64,000 bases of DNA from assembly GCA_021798745.1 (NCBI GenBank), contig JAJZBW010000001.1, positions 1,188-65,187 of the forward strand, given 5' to 3'. Positions 44,688-53,739 of this stretch are shown here, in pieces. The DNA comes from Actinomycetes bacterium. Lineage in GTDB: Bacteria > Actinomycetota > Acidimicrobiia > Acidimicrobiales > Bog-793. How positions within the stretch are numbered: the first letter of the stretch is position 1; each line of letters begins with the position of its first letter. The notes under the pieces are model-generated. The model ran no database searches. It was not told the origin of the DNA and worked only from the letters and a program-made list of their open reading frames with translations. The position numbers and the translations under genes are program-made.

Positions 44688-45981
44688 ATCGGGCCTGACG
44701 GTAGCCGTCGTGGTCGCGCTCGGCGAGGCTCACGCACATCTCGTCGGGCACTACCGGTTCACCGCGTTCCCGCGCTTCGGATGGCTCGTCGTGTTCACGG
44801 CCCTCCTTCTCGTGTCCTTCTACGCAGCAGGGCTCCCCGAGTCGGCCCGCCGCTTCTCCGGTGCGCTCGTCCGATCGTTCGCGGCGGCCCTCGTCGCGGC
44901 AGGGACCGTGTCGGTCATGGCGCTCGTCGTCGGGGAGCCCCTCCTCCCGCGCTTCGTGGTGTTCCTCGCCGTGGCGCTCCTCACCCCCCTCGTCGCGCTG
45001 CTCGCGAGGCTGACCTCCGGGGTGGGCGGCCGACGCGACGCGGCCGAACGCGTGCTCGCGGTCGTCGGTCCGGCCGAGGCGGGGGCGCTCGCGGCCGACC
45101 TCAGGGTCGCCCGCGAGCGGCCCGCGTTGCTCGTGGCGAGCGCGCTCGCGCAGGACGTCCGGTCCAGCGCGTCACGCCCGCGGCCGCTCGCGGAGCTCGT
45201 CACGGCGCACCAGGCGACTCTCGTCGTGCTCTCGCGCGAGGCCATCTCGGACGAGGACGTCGTCGTGCAGGCGGCGGAGCTCCACCGTAGGGGGTGCAAG
45301 GTCCGCACGCTCGCCCTGTTCTACGACCAGTGGCTCGGCAAGCTCCCGCTCAGCGAGCTCGAGCGGTCCGCGCTCCTCTTCGACATCCACGAGATCCACA
45401 ACCCCGCGTACGCGCGCACGAAGCGAGCGGTCGACGTGCTCGCCTCGCTGTGCGCGCTCCCTCTCCTCGCGCTCGCCGCGGTCCTCGTCGTGGTCGCGGA
45501 CCTCGCCGGGAACCGCGGTCCGTTGCTCTACCGACAAGAGCGCGTCGGGAAGGACGGGAGGATCTTCACGATCCTCAAGTTCCGGACGATGGCCCCGCTC
45601 TCGGGCGAGCCGACCTGGACGAGCGTGGACGACCGCCGTGTCGGCCGGGTGGGGCGCGCCATGCGCAAGACCCACGTCGACGAGCTCCCCCAGGTCCTGA
45701 ACGTGCTCCGTCGCGAGCTGTCCATAGTCGGCCCCCGTCCCGAGCAGCCCCGATACGTCGCCGAGCTCGCACGGAGGATCGACTACTACGACCTCCGCCA
45801 CCTCGTGCAGCCGGGGATCACCGGCTGGGCACAGGTGAACTTCGACTACGGCTCGAGCGGGTTCGACGCGCTCGAGAAGCTCCAGTACGAGTTCTACTAC
45901 CTGCGCCACCAGAGCCTCCTCCTCGACGCGCGCATCGTGGGGCGGACGCTCCGCTCGATCGTCGGTCGCACGGGCCGTTAG
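44662..45981 (+). CDS. Polyprenyl-phosphate glycosyl-phosphotransferase (bacterial sugar transferase, WbaP/EpsB-like)
   Basis: The motifs are GKDGRIFTILKFRTM, DELPQVLNVLRRELSIVGPRP and GITGWAQV. The start is uncertain (GTG at 44662, or later at about 44710). Confidence 0.88.
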   Translation: MARSARWLISGLTVAVVVALGEAHAHLVGHYRFTAFPRFGWLVVFTALLLVSFYAAGLPESARRFSGALVRSFAAALVAAGTVSVMALVVGEPLLPRFVVFLAVALLTPLVALLARLTSGVGGRRDAAERVLAVVGPAEAGALAADLRVARERPALLVASALAQDVRSSASRPRPLAELVTAHQATLVVLSREAISDEDVVVQAAELHRRGCKVRTLALFYDQWLGKLPLSELERSALLFDIHEIHNPAYARTKRAVDVLASLCALPLLALAAVLVVVADLAGNRGPLLYRQERVGKDGRIFTILKFRTMAPLSGEPTWTSVDDRRVGRVGRAMRKTHVDELPQVLNVLRRELSIVGPRPEQPRYVAELARRIDYYDLRHLVQPGITGWAQVNFDYGSSGFDALEKLQYEFYYLRHQSLLLDARIVGRTLRSIVGRTGR

Positions 45982-45987
45982 CCCCTC

Positions 45988-47463
45988 ATGCGCGCGGCGC
46001 CGCTCGTCGAGCGAGACAGGCTCTCGGGGCGCTCGCTCGTGTCGGGCTCCGCGGTGCAGATGGGCGGGCGGGCCGCAGCCATCGTCCTCCAGGCGGCGAG
46101 CGTCGCGCTTCTCACGCGTCTGCTCGGCCAGGCGCGCTTCGGGGACTTCTCCGCCGGGCTCGCGACGGTCGGGATCGTGGCCGCGGTGGCCGAGTTCGGG
46201 CTCACCGCGATGGCCGTCGTCCGGATGGGGAGAGGGGAGGCGGCGCGCTCCGTCGTCCGCTCGTGCGCGCTCGCGTCGCTCGTGACCGGGCTCGTGGGCC
46301 TCGCGATCGCGGTCCCCACGTCGTTCGCCCTGTTCGACGCGTCGAAGAGGCTCGCGCTCTGGGTGCTCCTCCCGGGGACCGCCGTCGAGCTCGGTGGGAT
46401 CGGGCTCGTCGCGTACTGGCAGCACCGCCTCGCGTTCGCCCGGAACGCCCTCGCGTCCGCGGCCGGGCAGGCCGTCGGGTGCGCGCTGGTCGCCGTCGTC
46501 CTTCTCGACGGGCGTCGGCTCGGCGAGAGCGCGCAGTTCCTCGCGGTCGGCGGTGCGATGCTCGCAGCGTCGGCCACGGTCGTCGCGCTCCTCGTGCCGC
46601 GCGGCCCCGACAGGCTCGCTGGCGCCCCGCGTTCCCCGGCCGCACGTGACGTGCGCTCCCTCCTCCTCGCGGCACTCCCGCTCGGGCTGGCGGGCTCCCT
46701 GTCCCTCATGCACATGCGCGCCGACCAGGTGATCCTCGCGGCCCTCGGCTACAGGAGGAGCCTCGCGAGCTATGCGATCGCCTACCAGGTGCTCCAGGGA
46801 GTCGTCGTCGCGGTCGGGTCGGTCGGCGCGGTCGGGTTCAGCTTCATGGCAGCGAGCAGCTCCGGTGACCGCGCGCGCCACGCGCGACGTTCCGCCGCGC
46901 TCCTGTGCGACCTCGGGGTCGTGGCGTCCGCCGGGGTGGCGCTCCTCGCGCCGGTGGCCGTGTACCTGCTCGGGGGGTCTTCCTACGACGGGGCGCTCCA
47001 CGTGAGCAGGCTGCTCGCGCCCGTCGTGGTGCTGTCCGTCGGCAACACGATGGCAGGGCGCGTCCTCATCGTCGAAGGGCGCGCGCGGTCCCTCGTGTAC
47101 GTCGCGTCCGGCGCGCTCCTCGTGAACGTCGCGCTGTGCCTCCTCCTCATCCCCCGCTACGGGATCGGCGGGGCCGCCGTCGCGACGGTGTCCTCCGAGG
47201 CGCTCGGGGCCGCCCTCGTCGTCGCGATCGCCGAGCGTGCCGTTCCGACGAGCCAGCCGGTCGCGATCCTCGTCGTGGCGGCGGTGGGCTCGACTGCCGC
47301 GGCTCTCACGAGCGCCTCGTCGTCGGGGGGCGTCCCCGTGTCACTCGGCCTGTGGGCCGCGACGCTCGTCGGGTGCCTCCTTCTCTCCCGAGAGGCCTGG
47401 AGCCGACGTGACCCGCTCCGGGCCGGCGCGCCCTGCGCGCTCGAGGAGCCGGACGCGCGCTGA
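45988..47463 (+). CDS. Polysaccharide biosynthesis protein / Wzx-like flippase (MOP superfamily)
   Basis: It is a 491-aa polytopic protein of about 12-14 TM segments, sitting in a glycan cluster. No sharp motif supports the call, only topology and context. Confidence 0.6.
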   Translation: MRAAPLVERDRLSGRSLVSGSAVQMGGRAAAIVLQAASVALLTRLLGQARFGDFSAGLATVGIVAAVAEFGLTAMAVVRMGRGEAARSVVRSCALASLVTGLVGLAIAVPTSFALFDASKRLALWVLLPGTAVELGGIGLVAYWQHRLAFARNALASAAGQAVGCALVAVVLLDGRRLGESAQFLAVGGAMLAASATVVALLVPRGPDRLAGAPRSPAARDVRSLLLAALPLGLAGSLSLMHMRADQVILAALGYRRSLASYAIAYQVLQGVVVAVGSVGAVGFSFMAASSSGDRARHARRSAALLCDLGVVASAGVALLAPVAVYLLGGSSYDGALHVSRLLAPVVVLSVGNTMAGRVLIVEGRARSLVYVASGALLVNVALCLLLIPRYGIGGAAVATVSSEALGAALVVAIAERAVPTSQPVAILVVAAVGSTAAALTSASSSGGVPVSLGLWAATLVGCLLLSREAWSRRDPLRAGAPCALEEPDAR

Positions 47464-48228
47464 GGCCACGAGGTCGAGCGCGATCCCCTCGACGAGCGCC
47501 CTCGGGGTGACGACCTCGGGCCACCGCCTCCTCGCGCCCCGGTGCACCGCGAGCAGCGAACGGACGGGGAGCGAGTTCCGCGAGCCTCCCTCGTGCCGGC
47601 GGTAGCCGAGCCAGGTGTCCGGGACCGGCACCCCCGTCGCCCCGCGCGAGAGGGCGGCGACCCAGAAGGCCCAGTCCTCCATCCCGGTGCGATCGAACCC
47701 CGCGTCGAACCCGCCCACCTGCTCGAAGAGCTCGCGGGTGAACATCGCCGACCCGTTCACGAAGTTCGCCCTCGCGAGCCTCCGGGGGTCGAAGGGCCGC
47801 GCGGGCCAGGACCCGGAGCGGCTCCCGAAGTAGCGGACGCCGCTGTAGGCGAAGGACGCCTCGGTCCCGACGAGCCGCGCCTCGAGCGCCTCGAGGTAGT
47901 TCGGTGCGACGACGTCGTCCGCGGAGAGGATCACGACGAGCTCCCCACCCGTGGCGCGCACCCCGTCGTTGAAGGTCGCGACCGCCCCGCGTGCGGGCGC
48001 GCGGGAGAGCACGCCGCAGGCGGGCCATCGCTCGGCGAAGGCGCGGGCGACGTCGAGCGTCTCGTCGGCGCTCCCGTCGTCGACCACGAGGACCTCGTCG
48101 GCGGGTCGCGTCTGCGCCGCGATGCTCCCGAGCGCGTCCGGGAGGAACCGCCCGTAGTCGTGGCAGGGGACGACCACGCTCAGCGTCCGCACGCCCCCGG
48201 GGATCGCCGCGCGCAGCGGAGCGCTCAC
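47341..48228 (-). CDS. Glycosyltransferase family 2
   Basis: The motifs LSVVVPCHDYGRFLPDALGSIAAQT...VLVVDDGSADET and SADD are present. Its 3' end overlaps the flippase 3' end by 123 nt (convergent). Confidence 0.85.
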   Translation of the reverse strand: MSAPLRAAIPGGVRTLSVVVPCHDYGRFLPDALGSIAAQTRPADEVLVVDDGSADETLDVARAFAERWPACGVLSRAPARGAVATFNDGVRATGGELVVILSADDVVAPNYLEALEARLVGTEASFAYSGVRYFGSRSGSWPARPFDPRRLARANFVNGSAMFTRELFEQVGGFDAGFDRTGMEDWAFWVAALSRGATGVPVPDTWLGYRRHEGGSRNSLPVRSLLAVHRGARRRWPEVVTPRALVEGIALDLVASARVRLLERAGRAGPERVTSAPGLSGEKEAPDERRGPQAE

Positions 48229-48274
48229 GTCACCACGCTACCGACGGGTGCCGGCGGGCCGGTAGCGTCGGTCC

Positions 48275-49141
48275 GTGGCGACGGGAGACGCTCGACGGAC
48301 ATCGGCCGTCGTCGTGAACTTCAACGCCGGCCCCTCTCTCCTCGAGTGCGTCGCGAGCCTGCGGCGCGAGCAGGTCTCCGAGGTCGTCGTCGTGGACAAC
48401 TCCTCGATCGACGGCTCTCCCGCGGCGCTCGCACGCGCCGACCCGGGCGCGGACCTTGTCGCGGCCGGGGGGAACCTCGGGTACGGGGCGGCCGTGAACC
48501 TCGGGGCGGGGAGGACCGCGTCGGAGTTCCTCCTCGTCTGCAACCCCGACACCTCCCTCGAGCCCGGAGCGCTCGCGGCCCTCGAGAGCCGCCTCGTGCA
48601 CGACCCGTCGCTCGCCGTCGTCGGTCCGGCCCTCGTCGCCCCGGACGGGGCGAGCAGTCGCTCGGGCGGGGCGTTCCCCACGGTCCGTGGCTCGCTCCTC
48701 CCGGCCGCGCTCGGGGTCCTCTCCCCACGGGGCCGCTACAGCACGCGCCACCGCGCCGCGAACGCGGCGCGCACCGAGTCCGGGGTCGTGGACTGGGTGA
48801 CCGGCGCGTGCATGCTCATCCGTCGGTGCGCGTTCGACGAGGTGTCGGGCTTCGACCCCGGGTACTTCATGTACGTCGAGGAGGTCGACCTCTGCTGGCG
48901 CCTCGCGCAGCGGGGCTGGCGCACGGGCTACGAGCCTCGAGCACGGGTCGTGCACCTGGCCGGGCTCTCCGCAGGGACCCGCCCGTACCGGATGCTCGTC
49001 GCGCACCATCGGTCCCTGTGGCGCTTCGCCCGTCGATCGGCCCGCGGCCCAGAGGTCGTCCTCCTGCCTGCCGTCGCCGTCGGGGTCGTGCTCCGCTGGG
49101 CGGTCGCGTCGGCCCGCAGGGCCGTGCTCGGGCGGAGCTGA
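48275..49141 (+). CDS. Glycosyltransferase family 2 (rhamnosyltransferase-like)
   Basis: The motifs are AVVVNFNAGPSLLECVASL...VVVVDNSSIDGS, NLGYGAAVN and FMYVEEVDLCWR. Confidence 0.85.
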   Translation: MATGDARRTSAVVVNFNAGPSLLECVASLRREQVSEVVVVDNSSIDGSPAALARADPGADLVAAGGNLGYGAAVNLGAGRTASEFLLVCNPDTSLEPGALAALESRLVHDPSLAVVGPALVAPDGASSRSGGAFPTVRGSLLPAALGVLSPRGRYSTRHRAANAARTESGVVDWVTGACMLIRRCAFDEVSGFDPGYFMYVEEVDLCWRLAQRGWRTGYEPRARVVHLAGLSAGTRPYRMLVAHHRSLWRFARRSARGPEVVLLPAVAVGVVLRWAVASARRAVLGRS

Positions 49142-49183
49142 GCACCTCGGCGACGGCGGGCAGGAGCCGACGTACGGGAGCTC

Positions 49184-50119
49184 TCAGCGCGGGCGACGGG
49201 CGGCGCGAACGAGCCCGCGCACGAACCCCGCACCCCAGGACGCGTGCATCGTCGGGAGCGAGACGGCGAGCCACGGCGCCGCTGCCGGGTCGCGCGCCGT
49301 CTCGAGAGCGGCTCGGCCCGCGACGAGCGAGGAGTACGTGAGCAGCACGGCACGGCGCCACGGGCTCGCGAGGCCGACGAGGAGGAGAGGGACGGCGAGC
49401 TGGCGGGGGGAGAGGGACGCGGGGTGCTTCACGACGGTCCCCGCGCGGGCGCTCCCGTACCGGAAGTACTGGGACGCGAGCTCGCGTGGCCCGCCCCTCA
49501 CGGCGTAGCAGGAGCGTATGGACGGGTCGATCCACACGCCGCCCGCGGCCCGCGCCCGGTGCGCGAGCTCGGCGTCCTCGTTCCCCCCGAACTCCTCGTC
49601 GTAGCCTCCGAGGGCGAGCACGGTCTCGCGGCGGAACGCCCCGAGGTACACGGTGTCCACGAAGCGCGCCGGGCCGGACGCGCGGCGGAACGCCGCCGGG
49701 CCACCGCCGACCCGCGACGTCATCGCGGCGCGGATCCCCCGCTCGCGCGCCGTCTCCGCCCCGAGCCGCATCGGCCCGCCGACGATCGCCGCGCCCGATC
49801 CCGCGAGCGCGTGCACGCACCGTTCGAGGTAGTCCGGCGCGATCGTGGTCCGGACGTCGACGCGGACCACGACCTCTCCTCTCGCCTCGCGAAGTGCGAC
49901 GTTCATCGCCGCGGGACGGCTCCGACGCGGGTTGTCGATCACCCGGACTCGGGGGTGCCGAGCGGCGATCTCGCGGGTGCGGTCCCGGGAGCCCCCGTCG
50001 ACGACGAGCACCTCGACGTCGCCGTCGTAGGCCTGGTCGTCGACTGCGGCGATGCATCGCTCGATCTGGCCCTCCCCGTCGAGCACGGGTATCGCGACCG
50101 TCACGGACGGATGCGGCAC
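49184..50119 (-). CDS. Glycosyltransferase family 2 with a C-terminal membrane segment
   Basis: The motif VTVAIPVLDGEGQIERCIAAV...VLVVDGGSRDRT is present. I chose the GTG at 50119, 10 nt after the upstream stop and preceded by GAGGCGGGG. An alternative start lies at 50140. Confidence 0.8.
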   Translation of the reverse strand: MPHPSVTVAIPVLDGEGQIERCIAAVDDQAYDGDVEVLVVDGGSRDRTREIAARHPRVRVIDNPRRSRPAAMNVALREARGEVVVRVDVRTTIAPDYLERCVHALAGSGAAIVGGPMRLGAETARERGIRAAMTSRVGGGPAAFRRASGPARFVDTVYLGAFRRETVLALGGYDEEFGGNEDAELAHRARAAGGVWIDPSIRSCYAVRGGPRELASQYFRYGSARAGTVVKHPASLSPRQLAVPLLLVGLASPWRRAVLLTYSSLVAGRAALETARDPAAAPWLAVSLPTMHASWGAGFVRGLVRAARRPR

Positions 50120-50129
50120 CGTCCCCGCC

Positions 50130-50636
50130 TCACCCGTCACGGTCGCCGTGCTCCGCGAGCACCCAGCGGTTGTTTCGGCTCGTGCGCGCCTCGGCGGTCG
50201 ACTCGATGGCCCCGTCGGCCTCGAGCATCCGGAGCCACCGGAGCACGCCTTCCCGGCTGATCCCGAACCTGTCGGCGAGCTCCTGAGCGGACGCCGGCCC
50301 CTGTCGGAGCTGCTCGACGATCTCGCCCCGGCGGTCCCTGCGAAGCGGCAGCCGGTCGGCTCCCGGTCGCCTCCCACGCGGGCCGCGGCCGCGTCCTCCG
50401 GGCGCAGCGCCCGTACGGTCCCCGTCCGCCCTCGCGGGCGGCTCCCCGCCGGCGCGCCCCGGCACCTCCGGCACCTCCGGCACGTCGCGCGCCCCGTCGG
50501 CGTCGCGTGCGGAGGCGGCACGCGCGGCGGCGTCACGCCGGGAGGAGTCGAGCCGCGCGTACCCGTCGAGGAAGTCCGGGCGCACGAGCTGGTGGAGGAG
50601 GTCGTCGTGCGACCCGCCGCTCAACTCCTCGCTCAT
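50130..50636 (-). CDS. Winged-helix DNA-binding protein (ArsR/MarR-like HTH) with a disordered N-terminal half
   Basis: The C-terminal part reads EIVEQLRQGPASAQELADRFGISREGVLRWLRMLEADGAI. Confidence 0.65.
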   Translation of the reverse strand: MSEELSGGSHDDLLHQLVRPDFLDGYARLDSSRRDAAARAASARDADGARDVPEVPEVPGRAGGEPPARADGDRTGAAPGGRGRGPRGRRPGADRLPLRRDRRGEIVEQLRQGPASAQELADRFGISREGVLRWLRMLEADGAIESTAEARTSRNNRWVLAEHGDRDG

Positions 50637-50740
50637 CGGCTCGCCTTCCCCGGACCGGCCGGCATCGCGCGCCCGATCCTACAAGCGGGCCGTCCCGCCG
50701 AGCCGCCTCGCCCGCCGGCCAGTGGCCCGACGGCGAGCGG

Positions 50741-51592
50741 TCAGCCACGGTGCGCAGCGGGCCGGAGCGACTCGAGCTCCGCGACGACCTCGTCGGGCAC
50801 GGCGAGGTCGCCCGTCCCGGTCCCGACGGAGAGGTCGGGCTTGTAGCTCCCGTGGAAGTCCGACCCCCCGGTCGCCACGAGCCCACATCGCCGAGCGGCC
50901 GCGGCGAGGTCCGCGCGTGTCGCGGGGTCGTAGCGCCCGTAGTGGCACTCGACGCCTGCGAGCCCGAGCTCGGCGAGCCTGCGGAGCTCGGGCTCGAGGC
51001 CCGCGGGGGACAGGCCGAGCGAGAGCGGGTGCGCGAGGACCGCGACGGCCCCGGACCTGCGGGCGAGGTCGACGACGGAGGCGACCTCGACGCGAGCCTT
51101 GCTCACGTACCCGGGCGCTCCCTTGCCGAGGTAGGAGCCGAATGCCTCCTCGACGCTCGAGACGACGCCCTTTCGCACGAGCACGGACGCGAAGTGGGGA
51201 CGGCCGACCCCGAGGCCGCCGGCCTCCGCGACGACCTCCTCGTACGTCACGGGGAGCCCGAGGTGCGCGAGCGTGCGTGCCATCTCCTCGTTGCGACGGT
51301 CCCGGTCGTCCCGGAGCCGCGCGAGCTCCTCCTGGAGGAGCCCTCCCGACGTCGGCACGAAGTAGCAGAGCACGTGCATAGTTCCCGGCTCGTAGGCGCA
51401 GGAGACCTCGCATCCAGGAACGAGCCGGATCCCGAGCGACGCGGCGCGCGCACCCGCACGGTCGAGGCCGCCGGTCGTGTCGTGGTCGGTGAGCGCGACG
51501 GTCGAGCACCCGGCGTCCGCGGCCAGCTCCACGACCCGCTCGGGGCTCTCCGAGCCGTCCGAGACGTCCGAGTGGCTGTGGAGGTCGATCAT
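50741..51592 (-). CDS. PHP-domain phosphoesterase (TrpH/YciV-like)
   Basis: It begins MIDLHSHSDVSDG. The motifs VALTDHDT and GGSDFHG are present. Confidence 0.88.
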   Translation of the reverse strand: MIDLHSHSDVSDGSESPERVVELAADAGCSTVALTDHDTTGGLDRAGARAASLGIRLVPGCEVSCAYEPGTMHVLCYFVPTSGGLLQEELARLRDDRDRRNEEMARTLAHLGLPVTYEEVVAEAGGLGVGRPHFASVLVRKGVVSSVEEAFGSYLGKGAPGYVSKARVEVASVVDLARRSGAVAVLAHPLSLGLSPAGLEPELRRLAELGLAGVECHYGRYDPATRADLAAAARRCGLVATGGSDFHGSYKPDLSVGTGTGDLAVPDEVVAELESLRPAAHRG

Positions 51593-51650
51593 CCGCCCCA
51601 GGGTAACTGCCGGGGCGGGGGGGCCACGGTGCGTCGCGGACGATGGCACA

Positions 51651-53096
51651 ATGGGCCAGGTGAAAGAGGCGTGCGGCGTTTTCGGCGTGTACGCGCGCGA
51701 CGTGGACGTCCCCCACCTCGTGTTCGACGGGCTGTTCGCCCTCCAGCACCGCGGGCAGGAGTCCGCGGGGATGGCCGTGAGCGACGGGGACACGGTCACG
51801 GTCGTGAAGGACATGGGCCTCGTCACGTCCGTGTTCGACCAGCGGACGCTCTCCTCGCTCCAGGGGCACGTCGCCCTCGGGCACGTGCGCTACTCGACGA
51901 CGGGGCCGAGCACGTGGCAGAACTCGCAGCCCGTGTACCGCTCGGTCGGGAACGCGGGCTTCGCGCTCGGCCACAACGGGAACCTCACGAACGTCGAGGA
52001 GCTCGCGGAGGCCGCCGGGATGCTCCCCGGGATCGTCGCGTCGGACAGCGAGCTCGTCGGAGAGCTCCTCGCGCGCGCCTACCCTGCAGTCGACCGAGTC
52101 GGCGGCGAGGCGGACACGGACCTCGAGCAGGCGCTCCTCGAGGTCCTCCCGAGGCTCGAGGGCGCGTTCGCGTTCGGGCTCCTCGACGCGACGCACCTCG
52201 TCGGGGTGCGTGACCCGAACGGTTTCCGCCCCCTGTGCCTGGGCCGGATCGACCCGACTCCCGGGGCGCCCGAGGGGGGCTGGGTGGTCGCCTCGGAGAC
52301 CCCCGCCCTCGACATCGTCGGAGCGGAGCTCGTCCGGGAGATCGAGCCGGGCGAGATGGTCGTGATCGACTCGGATGGCCCCCGGTCCTACCGTCCGTTC
52401 GCGCCGGAGCGCATCGACCCGAGGCTGTGCGTCTTCGAGTTCGTCTACTTCGCCCGCCCGGACTCCCGCCTCCTCGGGCGCGAGGTCCACGCGGCGCGCC
52501 ACCGCATGGGGGAGCGTCTCGCGCTCGAGTCCCCCGCGGACGCGGACCTCGTGATCGGGGTGCCCGACTCCGGCGTGCCCGCCGCGGAGGGGTTCGCGGC
52601 GCGCAGCGGGCTCCCGTTCGGCCAGGGGCTCGTGAAGAACCGGTACATCGGGAGGACCTTCATCGCCCCGACCCACGAGGCCCGAGTCGACGGGGTGAGG
52701 CGCAAGCTCAACCCGCTGCGGGAGAGCGTCTCGGGACGGCGGCTCGTCGTCGTTGACGACTCCATCGTGCGCGGCACGACGACGCGCCAGATCGTGCGGA
52801 TGCTGCGCGACGCGGGAGCCCGCGAGGTCCACCTCAGGATCTCGTCCCCGCCGTTCCGCTGGCCCTGCTACTACGGGATCGCCACCCCCGACCGGAGCGA
52901 GCTCGTCGCCGCGGGGATGCCCGTCGACGAGATCGCGGGGCACCTCGGCGCGGACTCCGTCGGGTACCTGTCCCTCGACGGTCTCGTCGGCTCCGTCGGG
53001 GCGGGGGACGCAGGGTTCTGCACCGCGTGCCTCACGGGTCGGTACCCGACCCGTGTTCCCTCGGCGCGCGAGCCCGTCGCCTCCGCCCACCGCTGA
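51651..53096 (+). CDS. purF: Amidophosphoribosyltransferase
   Basis: A short propeptide precedes the Cys nucleophile (MGQVKEACGVFGVY). The PRTase motif is VVVDDSIVRGTT. Cys ligands fit the Fe-S type (CVFEFVYF, WPCYYG, CTAC). Confidence 0.93.
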   Translation: MGQVKEACGVFGVYARDVDVPHLVFDGLFALQHRGQESAGMAVSDGDTVTVVKDMGLVTSVFDQRTLSSLQGHVALGHVRYSTTGPSTWQNSQPVYRSVGNAGFALGHNGNLTNVEELAEAAGMLPGIVASDSELVGELLARAYPAVDRVGGEADTDLEQALLEVLPRLEGAFAFGLLDATHLVGVRDPNGFRPLCLGRIDPTPGAPEGGWVVASETPALDIVGAELVREIEPGEMVVIDSDGPRSYRPFAPERIDPRLCVFEFVYFARPDSRLLGREVHAARHRMGERLALESPADADLVIGVPDSGVPAAEGFAARSGLPFGQGLVKNRYIGRTFIAPTHEARVDGVRRKLNPLRESVSGRRLVVVDDSIVRGTTTRQIVRMLRDAGAREVHLRISSPPFRWPCYYGIATPDRSELVAAGMPVDEIAGHLGADSVGYLSLDGLVGSVGAGDAGFCTACLTGRYPTRVPSAREPVASAHR

Positions 53097-53140
53097 GGCC
53101 GCCGGGGCGGGCGTCGCTCCGGTCGGGCGTCATCTCGACG

Positions 53141-53180
53141 AGAGATCTTACATATTGGTATTTTCTATTTTACAGATGTC
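53141..53180 (+). promoter_or_regulatory. Isolated AT-rich tract with a promoter-like arrangement TTACAT-N17-TACAGA
   Basis: AGAGATCTTACATATTGGTATTTTCTATTTTACAGATGTC stands out against the GC-rich background. It lies 30-70 nt upstream of the 53210 ORF. Confidence 0.35.
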
Positions 53181-53209
53181 TCCTGCATGCCGATACTGGA
53201 GGTGAGGAA

Positions 53210-53680
53210 GTGCCCGGGGCAGGACCACCGGGCAGGAGCGAGGAGGCGACCGTGAGCATCTCCGCAGACGAGCTCGAGCGCACGCAGGGCGTCAGCTGGT
53301 ACGTGTCGCGGCGGGTCGACGTCGAGTCGTCGGACCTGTCCGAGGTCTCGCTCCCGTCGGAGGTCTCCGGCGGCGGAGGGGTGACGCTCGTGATCCTCGG
53401 CCCGCGCTACGTCGACGACGAGAGGTACCGGAGCTTCTCGGGCGTGCTCACCCTGCCCGGGATAGTCGGGGCGCGCATGCGGGTCGAGGTCGACCTCAAC
53501 CCGTACAGCTCGCGGCACGCGGAGATCGGGCTGCGCCCGGCGGGACGCGCGCCCCGCTACCGGGTGGCTCCGGAGCGCTACTTCGACGCCGCGTGGAGAG
53601 CGCTCGACGCGCTCGCCGAGGCCGTCTCGCCGGCGTCCCGCGCCGAGCGGGCGAACGACGAAGGGGGCGCGGCGGCCTGA
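53210..53680 (+). CDS. Hypothetical protein (about 142-156 aa)
   Basis: The GTG at 53210 follows GGAGGTGAGGAA. An alternative GTG at 53252 follows GAGGAGG. The sequence looks protein-like, but I recognise no family. Confidence 0.55.
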   Translation: MPGAGPPGRSEEATVSISADELERTQGVSWYVSRRVDVESSDLSEVSLPSEVSGGGGVTLVILGPRYVDDERYRSFSGVLTLPGIVGARMRVEVDLNPYSSRHAEIGLRPAGRAPRYRVAPERYFDAAWRALDALAEAVSPASRAERANDEGGAAA

Positions 53681-53739
53681 CGGCGCGAGCCGTCTGCGCT
53701 CGACGTGTCCGGGGCGCGTCGTCTCGCGGGACGCGTCGG

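Noticed and set aside
26881-50636. A search for a secretin (PilQ), PilP, PilY1 or a sortase near the pilus locus.
   Set aside because: No ORF in or around the locus shows secretin-like C-terminal beta-domain motifs, a PilP lipoprotein, a PilY1 beta-propeller with a Ca-binding site, or LPXTG/sortase signatures. Absence is reported as an observation only for this window, not for the genome.
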